64,000 nucleotides of DNA from Podarcis gaigeae (lineage: Eukaryota): the NCBI GenBank assembly GCA_964106915.2, contig OZ066925.1; one strand, given 5' to 3'. The notes under the pieces are model-generated. The model saw only the letters and a list, made by a program, of their open reading frames with translations. It was not told where the DNA came from and made no database searches. The position numbers and the translations under genes are program-made. Shown here piece by piece: positions 24,559-37,828 of the stretch; position 1 is the stretch's first letter, and each line of letters begins with the position of its first letter.

Positions 24559-25751
24559 CACCCTCGCTCAAAGCCTAAGGGCAGTATTATATCATGCTTG
24601 CACACTTTAAGGTTTGCCAAGGAGGGGTTGTCCACATCAACCAGCAAGTGGCAGGTCTTGTGGGTCATCACGAAGCAGCAAGAGTCCAACGATCTCCTTC
24701 TCCTTTCCAGCTGATGGACCTTGACAGGTTGGTTTGGGCAAGTCTCCATTCATCACTTTGATGACATACAGTATTTGGAAAGACTCGGAATAAAACACAA
24801 GGAATGAAAACCCCTCCATGGCCACTGCCACCTCCTGAGGTTTGCTGTAGCACTCTTAGGCCTTTGACTAGGAAAATGAAAGAATTTAATTAGATTGCTG
24901 TTTTCATAAGCAATTATAATGGTATGCAGCAAGGAGCATATAAATGAAATCAAGAAAATTTGGGAAGAACCATCATTTTGATTGTTGCAATGTAGCTGGA
25001 AATAGGTACATTTAGGTCATCCCACCATTTCATGTCTAATAGTATTTTCTTCCAAACAATCTAATAGTTTACACTTTGCAGAGAGATGCTTGTTTAAGTT
25101 CTTGACTACCTGTATTTCCAGATATCTAAACTACTTGTTCACCAATATGCTGGAGCTCAAAAGTTGCACAGGGGAAATATCAGAACATAAAAGGTCTGGC
25201 TTTCTGACGTACAATTTCAGTCCTGCAGCACCTTCACATTTTTTTAGCTCCAGCTTTAATTGTGCTCTTGCCATTACTGGATTCCTGAAGCCTGGAGTTA
25301 TGCATATGAGTCCACTTGTAACAGCTAGTTCAGGCTTCAAGAAGCCCAATACTTTGACCTATCCAAAATAAAGAAATCCTCAACTTTGGCAATACAGAGA
25401 AGGCAAAAAGGGTGGGGGCTACTCCCATGTCCCCAGCAGGTCAATGTGGCTCCAGTGGCATCTATCATCTTCATCTATTGCTGCCACAAAAAGAGGGTGG
25501 GGTGCTTCAGCAGATGCTTAAAGTATATGCAGCATCCCTCCTATGGGCCAGTCTGCCCAAGACCCTCGCAACGCTCACATCCAGGCTTCCTTTGGTGCTG
25601 CTTTAATATGTACAGGGCTGGGCTTTAAATCTCCATTTCCAAGCATGCTTTTTTCTCTGTTTTTGCAGTGGCACTTTCACTGGAGGAACCCTCATTTTAT
25701 GGCTGAAACAAGCAAACCGTAATTGGGTTTTCAGTGGATTGCTATTTGCAC

Positions 25752-26137
25752 TGTTGGCATCCATCTGTCTTCAGAGACAATGGAGTGCACCTCTGAGGGT
25801 GAGGCCCAACTCCTGGAGAATCACAGCTCTTGCTGTGGCTGCAAAGATCAGTAAGTCATGGCTGCTGCCTCCCACATTGTTTTTGCTGCATTAGGAGCAC
25901 TGCAGTGACGTCTCCAGGACATACGCCTGGGGAGTATGTCTGGAGGTCCTGGGCTGCCCAGACGACAAGACCTTGGCCCGATGTGGCCCAAAGGAAAGCA
26001 GAGCAAGATGTTTGGCACCAGCTTGGCTGCAGGAGTTGCCGGAAGGAGGCAGACAATGTGCCATCCAGCCATCCGAGGGACTCCACTTCGCATTTGCGCG
26101 GGGTTTATTGCTGAGCCCTTTTCTTCTCCCAAAGATG
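25752..26137 (-). mobile_element. Bipartite non-autonomous RTE-like element, partial
   Basis: Reverse-complement homology to 6430-6755 (tttggcaccagcttggctgcaggagtt, tgttggcatccatctgtctt). Confidence 0.7.
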
Positions 26138-27797
26138 TTTGCACTGATTCAGCAATAAAACGTGGGTTTCTTGGGGAATGCTCTGGAACAAACAAACAAA
26201 CAAATCATGCAGCCAAATAACTTTCCTGTGTGGCCCAAAAGGGCGTCTGGGCGAGTCCCAGATTTCTTGCTTCCTCCTCAGGAGTGGAAGAGGAATTCTG
26301 TAGCTTTAATTATGCATATGTGAGTCAGACAGGACTAAACAACAACAACAAAAGATCCTTGTAGCATATTGCATGCAACTCACCCTGCACACTAAGTCAC
26401 TGTTGTACCCCATGGGCTCAGTGGTAATATTGTCAAGAAATCTGCTATAGATTCACGATGCTTGTCTTTGCACAAATGTGTACAGTATCTCTAGGTCCAA
26501 ATCAATTGCATTCTTCTATTTGTTTACATTACTTAGGTAGCATTAGGTTTCTTGAGTAATCGTGGTACATGTTAACTAGGATGTAGGTTTCACTGGGTTC
26601 AGTGGGGTTAATTAGCAATAAAGGGCCCACAAGTGAAGCTTAGTCTGAGCTGTATTGCAGGTCCATTGCGAGGATAAAGCTAAATAGCAATAGATTATTC
26701 ACTTGCCTTTTAGTCAATAAATTAGCTAACTGACAATGCCTATTTCAAAAAAGTAGAAGACTTTTTGATATAATGAAGGAAGCGTAAGAAAGAAAAAGTT
26801 GTGACCAATACTTAGGAGAGGCCATTCTAAATATTTTCCCACTCCTTATTATAATAATGCTAGAATCAACATACCTCTTAAAAGTGTTCATAAATACTCC
26901 CCTCAGTAAAACTTTCATTAATTAATCAACCAGTTAGACTTCAGTCTTAATAATAGCTCTATGAATGCATCCTTAATCCCAATGGATATAGGATAGAAAT
27001 GTAAAAAGAATAAGCATTAACTATTTCTCCAAATGTAAAATGCGTTTTAAAATAGTAAGATTAAATTGTTTCATATCCATCTTTTTCTTTCTTGAATTTG
27101 AGACTTACAAAATAGTGCCAGAAACAGATTCCTATCAGATTAACTGGGCTCTTTTTCGTTGTTTATCAGCTTCAAACTTCACTTTGAAATATGCAGAATA
27201 ATCTAATTCAAAGTATAATCCCATTCAAGCATGGATAAAACTTGTTAATGGAAAGAGATGTGAAGCCACCTGCACTTTTTTCAGAGTATGGTACTGCTAT
27301 CCAATTTGGCGTAACGCTGTACTGGGATATCTCCAAAGCCACGATAAGGCAAGAAATGGCGGGTGGGGAGTTTCTTATCCCACACATGTTCATAGTTCAG
27401 TGATTTGTTCTTGCAGTGCCTGGCCTAATCTATAGTAGGTTGATGGAACTGTAAAATCTTTTCAGCTGTGTGTGTGTGTATGGAAGAGAGAGGAAGTGGG
27501 GGATTTGGCCGCTCACTGGCCCCTTGTAGTGTCATCTTTTGATAAAATACTCTTCCTTGGAGCTTTTTGTAGAATGGTGGGACTTCTTGTTCAAGATGTC
27601 TTAGGGATGAGTTGTTGGGCAATGTGACCCATTCGTACTATCCAAACCTATGCATTGTAAACATCTATTCACCTTATCTCAGAGAACAAAGCTGTGAGTT
27701 CCCAAGAACCAAGAGCAATACTTGTTATGAGACTTCTTCTTCAGACAACAAAAAATTAATTTATGAAACTATCTGCCACAAGGTGTGGTGATGCTTA

Positions 27798-28156
27798 AAG
27801 TAAAGGTAAAGGGACCCCTGACCATTAGGTCCAATCGTGGCCGACTCGGGGGTTGCGGCGCTCATCTCACTTTATTGGCCGAGGGAGCCGGTGTACAGCT
27901 TCCGGGTCATGTGGCCAGCATGACTAAGCCACTTCTGGCGAACCAGAGCAGCGCATGGAAATGCCGTTTACCTTCCTGCAAGAGCGGTACCTATTTATCT
28001 ACTTGCACTTTGATGTGCTTTTGAACTGCTAGGTTGGCAGGAGCAGGGTCCGAGCAACGGGAACTCACCCCGTCGCGGGGATTCAAACCGCCAACTTCTG
28101 ATTGGCAAGTCCTAGGCTCTGTGGTTCAACCCACAGGGCACCCCCCCCCATCCCTC
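27798..28156 (-). mobile_element. Sauria SINE (older subfamily) inserted in a CR1 3' remnant
   Basis: ACCTTT tail, SINE body, 14-bp TSD tgtggtgatgctta (27784-27797 / 28157-28170). Confidence 0.92.
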
Positions 28157-29089
28157 TGTGGTGATGCTTAGGTGGCTCCAAAAGAGCAGAGCATAAGTTT
28201 ATAAATGGCTACTAGTAATAATGGCTATGCACTACCTCCAGGTTCAGAAGCCCTGGGCCTTCAAAAAACAACTGCTAGAAGCAAGAGCAGGAGAGGGCTA
28301 TTTGCATGAGGTCCTGCCTGTGGGCTTGCCAGAGACATCTTGTTGGCCACCATCAGAAACAGGTCACAAGTTCTGCATTTAAACCAAATTAAGAGACTAG
28401 AGGGAGAAAGAAAGGGTGCAAGCCGGTGAGAAAATTTCCTGTGCAAGTCGGTGTGAAATGAATATGACTTGAGGAGCAGGAGGAATTTCTGCTGAATTAT
28501 GCTCACAGTTCATATTTACTCTGTACGGTATAGAACAAAATCCTAAGCCATATTTAACTTTTTCTTCACAAAGATAATGTTGTCTGTGTACATGAAACAT
28601 CCTGTTTCTTCATTCAACTATAGTGAGAGGTTAATATAGGAGCAATTAGTGGGATGCTTTATGGGAATAATTTGCACAGGAAATGATACATGTTGTGCAA
28701 AAATTTTGCTAACTCTTGACAGATTTGTCCTTATTATAGCAATAAAAAACCCTTCACATGCAGTGTATTAAAAAAAGTCAAGATTATTTCATATATCATC
28801 TGCTCCACAGAATGCATTGTCATCAAGGAGACAAGCTTCTGCCAATTTGTTTTGTGGAACAGATGCTTTGGGAATATATGATGTACAGTATGGCACTCTG
28901 GAAAATAGATCCATCTGTGAGAACTTCATGTTTGCAAAAGCTAACTTCTAATGGGATGTCTTCATCTTGTTAGTTTCCTGGAGCAAGCAGGCTGCTCAGC
29001 AATACAGGCTTTGACACAAGTGGGGTGACCAGTGCACCAGATGGCCTAACCGCCAGCATCACTTTGGCTTGCTTAGAAACGTTCAGATA

Positions 29090-29250
29090 TTTCTCCTGAG
29101 CAGGAACCTCTTAAGGATTCCTTATGCCCCACCTCGATCACTGAAATCCTCTGATGGGCCACTTCTGCTGGGTCCCCCATCCAGGAGGTTGGGTTGGCCT
29201 CCATGGCAGATGGACCCTTTAGTGTGACAGACCCTTCCCAGTGGAGCTTC
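29090..29250 (+). mobile_element. Highly degenerate L2 fragment
   Basis: tatgccccacctcgatcactgaaatcctct..tttagtgtg resembles the L2 ORF2 C-terminal region. Confidence 0.4.
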
Positions 29251-29487
29251 CTACCAGCAGAGGTTTAACAGGAACCTCCCCAGCCTTCTTCTGGAATCTT
29301 TTATACCACGTGCCTGTTGTCAAAACCAGTTGCAGCAGAAATACACACTTCTGCTCACCAGAGAGCCAATCCTGGGAACAGGCACACACAGCCAAGGCCC
29401 TTTTGCAATTAGCCCTGTGCTGCTCTTTAAAGAGGCTGCCTGCCTGCCCCACCACCCTTCTTCCCCAACCACCTTGCTGTGTGACTG

Positions 29488-29990
29488 CTGGAAGAAGCAA
29501 AGATCACCAGTGTCAAAGCAATGATTCTTCAACATCAACTTTGTTGAACTGGTCATGTTGCTCAGATAACTGATTATCGTCTTCCAAAGCAACTATACCC
29601 AACTTAAGAATGGAAGGTGAAATACCGATGGACAACAAATGAGATTTAAAGATGCTCTCAAGGCAAATATTTTTTAAAATGCAATATAAGCACAGAAAAT
29701 TGGGAAACGCTGGCCTGCGGGCACTCCAATTGGATAATAGCTTCTACCAAAGGCGTCATGGACTTTGAAGAAGCACAAACTCAGAAGGAAAGGGAGAAAT
29801 GAGCTAAGAGGAAGGCACATTTGGTAAATCCTCACTGTGATCAACTTCTGCCCGAAAACCCATGTCCCCACTGTGGAAGCACATGTAGATCCAGAATTGG
29901 CCTCCACAGTCACCCATGGACACACTGTTAAGTCCATGTTCATGGAAGACAATCTTACTTGGCTACGAGTGACTGCAGAAGAAGAAGAGT
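29488..29990 (+). mobile_element. RTE LINE 3' fragment
   Basis: Degenerate EAKITSV.AMILQHQL..TGHV, RLPKQL, RFKDALK and CPHCG.TCRSRIGLHSH..TH (C2H2-like) motifs, with a (GAA)n tail. Confidence 0.85.
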
Positions 29991-30199
29991 TGCTTTTTGC
30001 AGAGGCTGCCTGCCTGCCCACCCCCCTTTTCCCCCAACCACCCAACCACCTTGCTGTGTGACTGTCTTGGGCTGTTCCAGCTGGACTGACCCAAGGCAAT
30101 CCAGAGCTGTCTCAACCCAGTCATTAATACCTGCCCTTTTCCTTCCTGGGATTCAATGCAGATTACAGAAAAAAAGAACCACTAAAAAACAGAAAACAC

Positions 30200-30880
30200 A
30201 ATTACTAAAATACAATTGAACATGAAAATAATTAAAACTCTACACATAAATAAAAATTGTTTAAAACATAACAATAATTACAACAAAAACAGCACGGCAC
30301 CAGCCCTTTAATTAAGCAGTCAATTCCCCAAAGTCTTCACCTGCCAGTGGAAGGACAAGGAGACAACCAGTCTGACTTCTCTAGGGAGGGAGTTCTGGAG
30401 TCTGGGAGCAGACACCGAGAAGGCCCTCTCCCGTACCCCCCACAAGTGTGCCTGGGTGGGTGGCAGAACCAAGATTAAGGCTTCCCATAGACCTCCCACC
30501 CCAAATGTCAAAACTCAGGAAGGTTCATTTGAGACAACATGGTAGAGCGTTATAGGTCACTAAGCCGTGTGTCCCTGTGGCCAAATCAGGCATCTCAAGG
30601 AATGGGCACAGCTGGCACACTAGCTTTAACTGTGTCAATGCACTCCTGGCCACCACAGAGGTCTGAGTGCATCCAGGAGCATGCCCAACGGAGAAGTGTT
30701 CCCCCATCCAGCACAGGCGGGATCCTCATTCCCTGTTCTGGCTTCCATCTGACCAAGAGCACCTCTGTCTAGTCTACATAAAGGCTCAATTTGTCAAAGC
30801 CTGGATCTGCTCTGTTTGGTTCCAGATGCAGGCTTTGGCCAGATCTGGTGGACAGCCCTATTAGAAACAGGGCAGTTGGC
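30200..30880 (-). mobile_element. Old L2 3' fragment
   Basis: Minus-strand ERAFSVSAPRLQNSLPREVR and LVCQLCPFL motifs. Confidence 0.75.
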
Positions 30881-32014
30881 AATGGGGGTGGGGGTTTGGC
30901 AGGAGGTCTGGTAACATTGTCATCCATGCCCTACAAATGAGTCTCTAGTAAGGACTCTTGCTGTTCTGCTGAGGAGTGAAGTTGTGTAAAGTGGCATGCA
31001 GAACCTGAGAAATAAGGAACGTTCACCTAATTAAAATTAAACACCTTTCAGTACTTCAGAGTGCTAAATAGGAAATGATTACAGAAAGAAGATGATTAAA
31101 GAGGGTTTTTTTGGGGGTGGGGGTGGGAATCTACTAACATCCTTCAGTTCCTATTTAACCTTGAACAATTTCAGTTCACAGGGATAAATGGTAATGAGTC
31201 TACTTATCTGCGAAACATGCCCACCTGGTGTTAAGTTGTAATACCTCTTGAAGTGAGTGTGAGTTGATTGTCACAAACCTGAACACCTGGGGAAAGGCAG
31301 AGGCGTCCTGCCAAAAAAACGCACAGCATCTGCATTTTGCATATCCCCAGCCATTAAAAGTGCTTGGGAGATAGGCTGGAAGCCATAATCCAGAAGGCTA
31401 AACAAATTACATGCTTGCATAAAACAAGGAGGAAGTGCCATCTTCAGAAAAAAGGAAACGTTAAAGGAATGACTCACACAACCAGTGTATGTTTAGCTGA
31501 GGCTGAAAGAAATTGCATCAGTAAGGGACCCATCAGTTCCTTTGCAAGTTGAAAAGATCGCCAGAGTGAAGAAGTTTCTATGCATGGCTGTACAGCTGGT
31601 ATATAGGCAAACTGCAAGTAAAATGAGCTGGCTGTTAACTACAAAGAGTGCACCTGACTCTCATGTGCTGGAAAAGGGAAATCCATTATCCGTAGCTTTC
31701 AGTGAAACTTCTGACATAGGGCAAGTTGTTCTAATTAAAAAGTTGAAGCTTGCGTCTCTCATTTCAGCCCCAGATGCATTCGCTCCCCTTTCTTACTTGG
31801 GGCACATACTTTAGATAGTTCAAGAAGTTTTGAAACCAGCCATTTGTCCATGCTAGAAAAACTACCATCGAGGGTTGTGGTTCCACCCATAGTGCACTGT
31901 GGCACAGGGAAAACTGGTGGATGGTATTTCTCAAGGTAGAAGCACAAAGCATATGGAAGAACAAGGCTTGCCATGGAAGAGCTAGCATTGTTTCCAAAAG
32001 AGTATACATCTAGC

Positions 32015-32700
32015 TAACCTTTAAGAGCTTGTTGAGAGTGTCAATAAGCATATGTATAGGAGTGACCCAGTAGAAACTGTGTACTTGGACTTTCAAAAAG
32101 CAGCTGATAAAGTCCCTCACTTCTGAGTAAGCTTAGTCATCATGGGCTATGAGAACAGATCCTCTTAGAGATCTGTATCTGGCTAAAGCACAGGAAGCAG
32201 AGGACAGGAATGAATGCTCACCTCTCCAAAGGAAGGATGAAAAATCTGGGATCCTCAAAGCATTGGGAGCTACACTTTGTAACTTGTTCATAAATTACCA
32301 GGAGTCAGGGGTGAGAAATGAGTCCTGATGGTGCCAAATTGTTCAGGGGGTAAGAACTAAAAGGGATTGTGAGAAGCTCCAAAAGGATATCTTGGAACTG
32401 GGAGAATGGGCATTAAAATGGCAAATGCTATTCAAATGTAAGGAAGTGTAAAGGGATGCAGATTGGGGTGGGAAAGATCCTATCTTCCCATGTGCATATA
32501 AATATATGAATGGAGCTTGAAACTCTCCATGGCTATGGTGAGGGATGTATACTAGCTCCACAGTCAAAGGCAGTTTGTCTCTGAAGACCAGCTGCTGTGG
32601 AGCCCAAGCGGGGAGGGGGGGAGGGGGGATTGCCAGAGGAATCTGGCTGGACACTGAGAACAGGATGCTGCTTTTTATGACCCACCAGATCTCTTCTCAT
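32015..32700 (+). mobile_element. Old CR1 RT and 3' UTR fragments
   Basis: VYLDFQKA.DKVPH, LGEWALKWQM.F and CR1 3' UTR motifs (gagaacaggatgctg). Confidence 0.75.
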
Positions 32701-33309
32701 GCTCATGGATTTCCAAACTGTGTGCCAACCTGGACACATTCATGTACCACAGGAGGATGGAAGTGTGCCTTGAAAAATAATGCTGCCATCTTGGAATCAT
32801 CCTTCATCCCTCCCTTCAGAATAGAGAGGCTCTGAGAGGACTGTGTGAATTTGTGGGGATTGGGGAGGGTGAAGAAGGTGGGAAAAGGGGGGCAGAGAAA
32901 GTTCTGACATTTCCAGGGCCACTTTTGCAGGGAATGGGGCTTACTTTTTAATTTTTAATATATAGTCAGAGGCTTCTCCTTTTTAGCCCACCCTCTTCCT
33001 GTTTTAAATATGTATTTTTGAAGTGGTAGAGATCCTTCTCCATCTGTATGGGGTAAACATGTCCACAGTGCAGCTATGGGAGGAAGGAAAGTCAGTCCAG
33101 CCCACCCTTGAGTGTGTAGATAGTGCTTTACTACCTTCACAGCCTCATGGTGAAGCAGGGGAAGTTGTGAAGTACTTCATGATTAGCCTTAGGCTCTGTG
33201 GAACTGATCTCTCTTTCAGTCAGTATAAGGGAAATGGCATCATTCCTGGGGGAGAAAGTAAGGAGGAACTGAAATTATTTGATGCAGCCTGTGTGAGAAT
33301 CCCAGAAAG

Positions 33310-33410
33310 GGATGTTTTTAATGTTTGATGTTTTATTGTGTTTTTAATATCCTGTTGGAAGCCACACGGAGTGGCTGGGGAGGCCGAGCCAGATGGGTGG
33401 GGTATAAGTA

Positions 33411-33455
<45 letters not shown>
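33310..33455 (+). mobile_element. L2 3' tail with (AAT)n microsatellite
   Basis: tgttggaagcc..gagtggctggggaggcc..ccagatgggtggggtataagtaaataa(taa)n; same family at 50925-51050. Confidence 0.7.
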
Positions 33456-33801
33456 CACCACTATAGGGGTGGGTGGGTGTAACCATATTTATGTGCTTCC
33501 AGTTTTGAAGCAGGAAAGAAACAACAGCACTGCAGGTCTTCACACATCTACACCTTTTGTGTTTGATGACTCATGCATGTTTCTAGCAGATGCATGCAAA
33601 CATACATGTACAGGTGTGCCATGTCACACGGTACATTTTAAGCATGGGAGGCTTCTCTTGCGTCCCATGGGGTGTGTGAATTCTATGTCAAAATGCTGGA
33701 TAAATCATCCCTATGAAACACAGTCAACATTTTGTTAGTCAAAAGATGAATCTGTAGGTCCTGATAACCATAGCATAAAGTGGAAATACGAAAGCAGGAA
33801 G

Positions 33802-33972
33802 CAGGGGTGCCAACTTGAATAATCTGGGGGCAGGGGCAGGTGAGCCCCACCCTGAGTAACTGATCACAAGATGCAGCACATGCACACCATTTGAATGACA
33901 ATGCCCATCAACTTTGGGGGAGCCTGATCCCCTCAGATACTTTAATGGGGATCCTAGGAATTAGCTCCTATG
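33802..33972. mobile_element. hAT-like MITE
   Basis: caggggtgccaactt...ttagctcctatg ends; inverted homologue at 57096-57267. Confidence 0.65.
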
Positions 33973-34807
33973 TCAGGATTGGAAGTCATAGGGTTGTAGT
34001 CAACTAATTTTTACTCAGAGTAGTCCCATTTAAATTAATGGGCACAACTAAGGTAGCCAAATATGAACCATAGAGTATAATTGAATAAAGCCTAGGTTGC
34101 ACTCTGCTTTCTCCCCTGCCCCTGGTTTTTTGTTTTGTTTTGTGGTAGTTGTACATTAAAGCCTATGAAATCTTGACATGATTTCCAGTTATTTTCACTG
34201 AATGGAACTGGCTAATTTTGACTCTGAAACTGGTGTGCCAGACTCTGGGTAGCAAATGGCAGATAGGCCAATCTTAAAATGAATTGATGCAACTTGCAAT
34301 TGGAAGTAACTCAAGGGGACCAGGGGACTGCAGCTGTTTTAGGTGCTCAGTGGCCTTTGCCTCTGGAAAGCTGAAGCAAAAATAAGTTTAGTAATCACAT
34401 CCCAGTCCTTCATTCCCATCAAACAAATTACCAGAAATGGACAGCCTGGGTGGCTTCTGAGGAAAGTCAGACAATGATATGGGTCATGAAATGAGATATA
34501 TTAGTGAAATTACATAGAGAAGTTTGAAAAATCGGCACTTTCAGTATAGCTACAGATTAGTTCAAGCTTTCTGTGAACAGCCCCAGAAAGAGAAATATAG
34601 AAAGAAAGAGTGAAGAGAAGAAAATACCAAGAATCATAAAGATAGCATGAATTGATTGGAATAGGCAGCTATTCCCCAATTTTATGAAATCTCACTTCCT
34701 ACATTTACTAGATTTCCTGTGCCACCCCTGCTCCAGTTCAGAAACCTTTTTCTATTTAGGCTATATCATATTTTGAAAAAACACGTAAACGTAATAGGCT
34801 GTATGAT

Positions 34808-34901
34808 AACTTCCATGATCCCTAGCTAGCAGGACCAGTGGTCAGGGATGATGGGAATTGTAGTCTCAAAACATCTGGAGGGCCGAGGTTGAGGAAGCCT
34901 G
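34808..34901. mobile_element. Partial hAT (URR1/MER5-like) MITE
   Basis: Homologous to 52284-52421 (gggatgatgggaattgtagt..catctgg..ggttgag..ctg). Confidence 0.65.
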
Positions 34902-35168
34902 GTTTATAGCATGTCATTGAGCAATGTTCCTTTAAGAGTGAATGAACATGAATTATCTGCACCTGTTGCCGTAGTTACTGTTCCCCCTGCTCTTATATTG
35001 TACTCAGAATTACTGGTTTACCTCGACTGAGAACCTATTACGAATAAGTTCTATGTAGCTGTTATATACAATAGCGGTATGTGCATTTATTATATCCTTG
35101 TATCTTTCTTTGGAATTTATGTAGCTATTATATTACAAAGTGTCTATGTTTATATGATTTAGAACTAC

Positions 35169-35232
35169 GCACAGCTGATGAAGCCCCTTGGGCAAAACGG
35201 GGGAATATCCAGGACTCCTTGTCTGTCTGTGC
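35169..35232 (+). ncRNA. Degenerate type I hammerhead ribozyme motif (probably a Penelope-like remnant)
   Basis: CTGATGA at 35175-35181, stem II gccc-ctt-gggc, AAAAC in place of GAAAC, stem III acggggg/tccttgt, GTC triplet, gcacag/ctgtgc stem I. Confidence 0.5.
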
Positions 35233-35874
35233 CAGCATCTGCCAGTGCCAGTTTCTTTTGTCTACCAACTTTATCATCTTCATTAGACACTTAGAAGATT
35301 ATTTCATGTCACTCTTCTAAGGAATACGTTGGACAGAAAAATACAAGAGAAGATGAAGAAATTAGAAATGAATGTATTACAGCACTGACAAAATAGGATT
35401 TGTATTTTGTACATACTGAACTTGGTGGTCAACTGAATAAGCTACATTTTAATATATTATGTCACAATGTTGATTTTGACACTATGAGAAGCTGTATCTA
35501 ATTTTTGAGAAGTAGTTTCTAGTAAATAACTTTGCAATTGTTATCATACAGCCTATTACGTTTACGTGTATTTTCAATTGGATTTGCGTAATACAGGCAT
35601 TCTGGTGGTTTTGATTTTATATCATATTTTGGACAGCAATTTGTGTCACCTCTGAAACCAAGCAATGTTTTTAACATCACTGTGAAATTGCTGAGTGGGG
35701 GGATTTGGAGTAAGGTTTTCTCAGGATGCTGATGACACCAGGCAGAACTTCTCTTCTACATCTGGCTGAAGTGAGAGGGGCAGGCTGCCAGTAACTGGTA
35801 ATGGACTTGATGAAAGGCAGTAAACCAAAGTGCTAGCTGGGCCCCAGCTTGCAGGAGACTAAGCATGCTTAGGA

Positions 35875-36007
35875 TAAGGTTACCAGACGTCCCCGTTTCC
35901 TGGGGACAGTCCCCGGATTTATAAATCAGTCCCCTGACAACATCCATTTCTGGAATGGGGAAGTTGAAAAGTGTCCCCAGATTCATTGAAAAAATCTGGT
36001 AACCTTA
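35875..36007. mobile_element. hAT (Blackjack-like) MITE
   Basis: Perfect 13-bp TIR taaggttaccaga / tctggtaacctta; perfect 8-bp TSD gcttagga. Confidence 0.92.
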
Positions 36008-37577
36008 GCTTAGGACTGCAGAACTAGTGTTTTCTTTTTTGCTCTGTGTTTGATGCAATAATTGCATTTGAGCAATGGTTGCAACTTATGAACCAGGAAG
36101 GTCTGAGGTTTTCCTGGAACCTCACTACAGGTCCCACATTGTGGAGATCTGTGATGGTAGACAGGTTTGCCTGAAAGCAGTTTGCCCGCCAATATTGAAC
36201 TTCGCCAGCAAGCCTTAGGAAAGGGCTGGGTGTGTTCCAAGTGCATATTGTGCACTTAATCCTTTCTCCAGGCTTTGCACATGGGATGTGTGTGCATGTG
36301 TGTGTCGTGGCCTAAAAATGGACCAGAGTGTTTCCTAGATGAAAAATGTACTGTAGTGACTCAGCAGTCCTTTCTCATTAGTATTCATTGTTTAACGAAA
36401 GGTTCCAGGCTGCATGCGGGTGTGAGAGTCAGTCAGTCTTATTTTCAAGCTATGCAATTCACTGGCATCTCTTTGTAACAGTTTTTTGAAGCTATGCACC
36501 CAGCCAGGGCTGAGAACTTGCAACCACTATGCTTATTGAAAGGCTTCAGGAAAGCGTATTTGCTGATGAAGTGAGCTGTTTGTGTGATTCATTTACTGCT
36601 GATACTCTGCTGAGTTACTCTGCTGAACTCTTTACATGCCCTGAGGTCTGAAACACCAGGCATGTATACCAGGAAAGTCCTGGGGGCGTCAGGACCCTAA
36701 TCCTGACTGTGTGCATGTGTGCCGTCAAGTGCTTCCTTGATCTGGCACACCTCTTCCTCGCCATTGCTGCCCATGGATTTGTTATCTCCCTTTGGGCCTG
36801 ATCCGCATAAACACCTCAAGGAAAAGGGCAAAGCAAGTGGGGCTCCAGAACTGTCTGCAGTGCCCAAGGGTTCTGCAGCAAGGAAATATATGTGAAAGCT
36901 TTCTCTGAAGATAAACAGTTTGAAATGCTTTCTAAAATTATTTCAGGGCTTCAGAAATCTGGCAGTTCAAGTAAAGATAGAGAAATAGCTTTGCAGGATG
37001 AATCAGCTGCTTGCTGGTCTGCAAGCCCAAGGAAGGGCCTTTGTTTTGCATCCTCAGGCGCCATGCCTAGCACAATGCATGACCTGACTGCTGACTGGTA
37101 CATTCTTCTAAATTGGCACGGGGTGGAAAGTAACAGGATCCTCTTTGGAGAGGCGCTCTTCAGGGATCAGCAGTTTTGCATGTTCCAGTGCCCTTTCAGC
37201 TCCCCGTGTTATGTCACAGCAGGCAGAGAGTAAGGAAGTGGAGATAGGGAGACATCAGCTCACATAGCCTCACAAAGCCGGCTCATCTGTTTTCGACTGA
37301 TAATTGGTGGGTGTGCGGGTAACAAAAGGCAAAGATGGGAAGAGAATCCAACATTTTCCTGTTCAAGGACAAATATTATCTGGGACTTAAATGAAAATTA
37401 ACAAAGAAGTAAGAAGGTTGTGTCTTTTGTAGAAAGTTGGTGACTAACTATCAGCACTGTGGCAGATGTTTGTCCATCTCACTTTTCAGATCTAACAAAG
37501 TGCAGATGCTGTTTCATTCCCCCTCTTTGGCAGCTTCAGCGCTGCCTTTTCTCAGGTCTCTTTGTTTCCTTAAAGTT

Positions 37578-37828
37578 CAGGGGTCAGCAAACTTTTTCAG
37601 CAGGGGGCCAGTCCACTGTCCCTCAGACCTTGTGGGGGGCCGGACTATATTTTTAAAGGTTTGAAAATGAACAAATTCCTATATCCCACAAGTAACCCAG
37701 AGATGCATTTTAAATAAAGGACACATTCTACTCATGTAAAAACACACTGATTCCTGGACCGTCCCTGGTCCGGATTGAGAAGGTGATTGGGCCAGAACCC
37801 ACCCCAGGCTTTAGTTTGCCTACTCATG
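37578..37828. mobile_element. hAT (Charlie-like) MITE
   Basis: Reverse complement of 16104-16360. Confidence 0.85.

Noticed and set aside
27285-27362. Possible cassette exon (ttttttcag acceptor, two open frames, retained CpGs)
   Set aside because: Weak donor (gtgggg or gcaaga) and no recognisable peptide; it cannot be supported without RNA-seq or homology.
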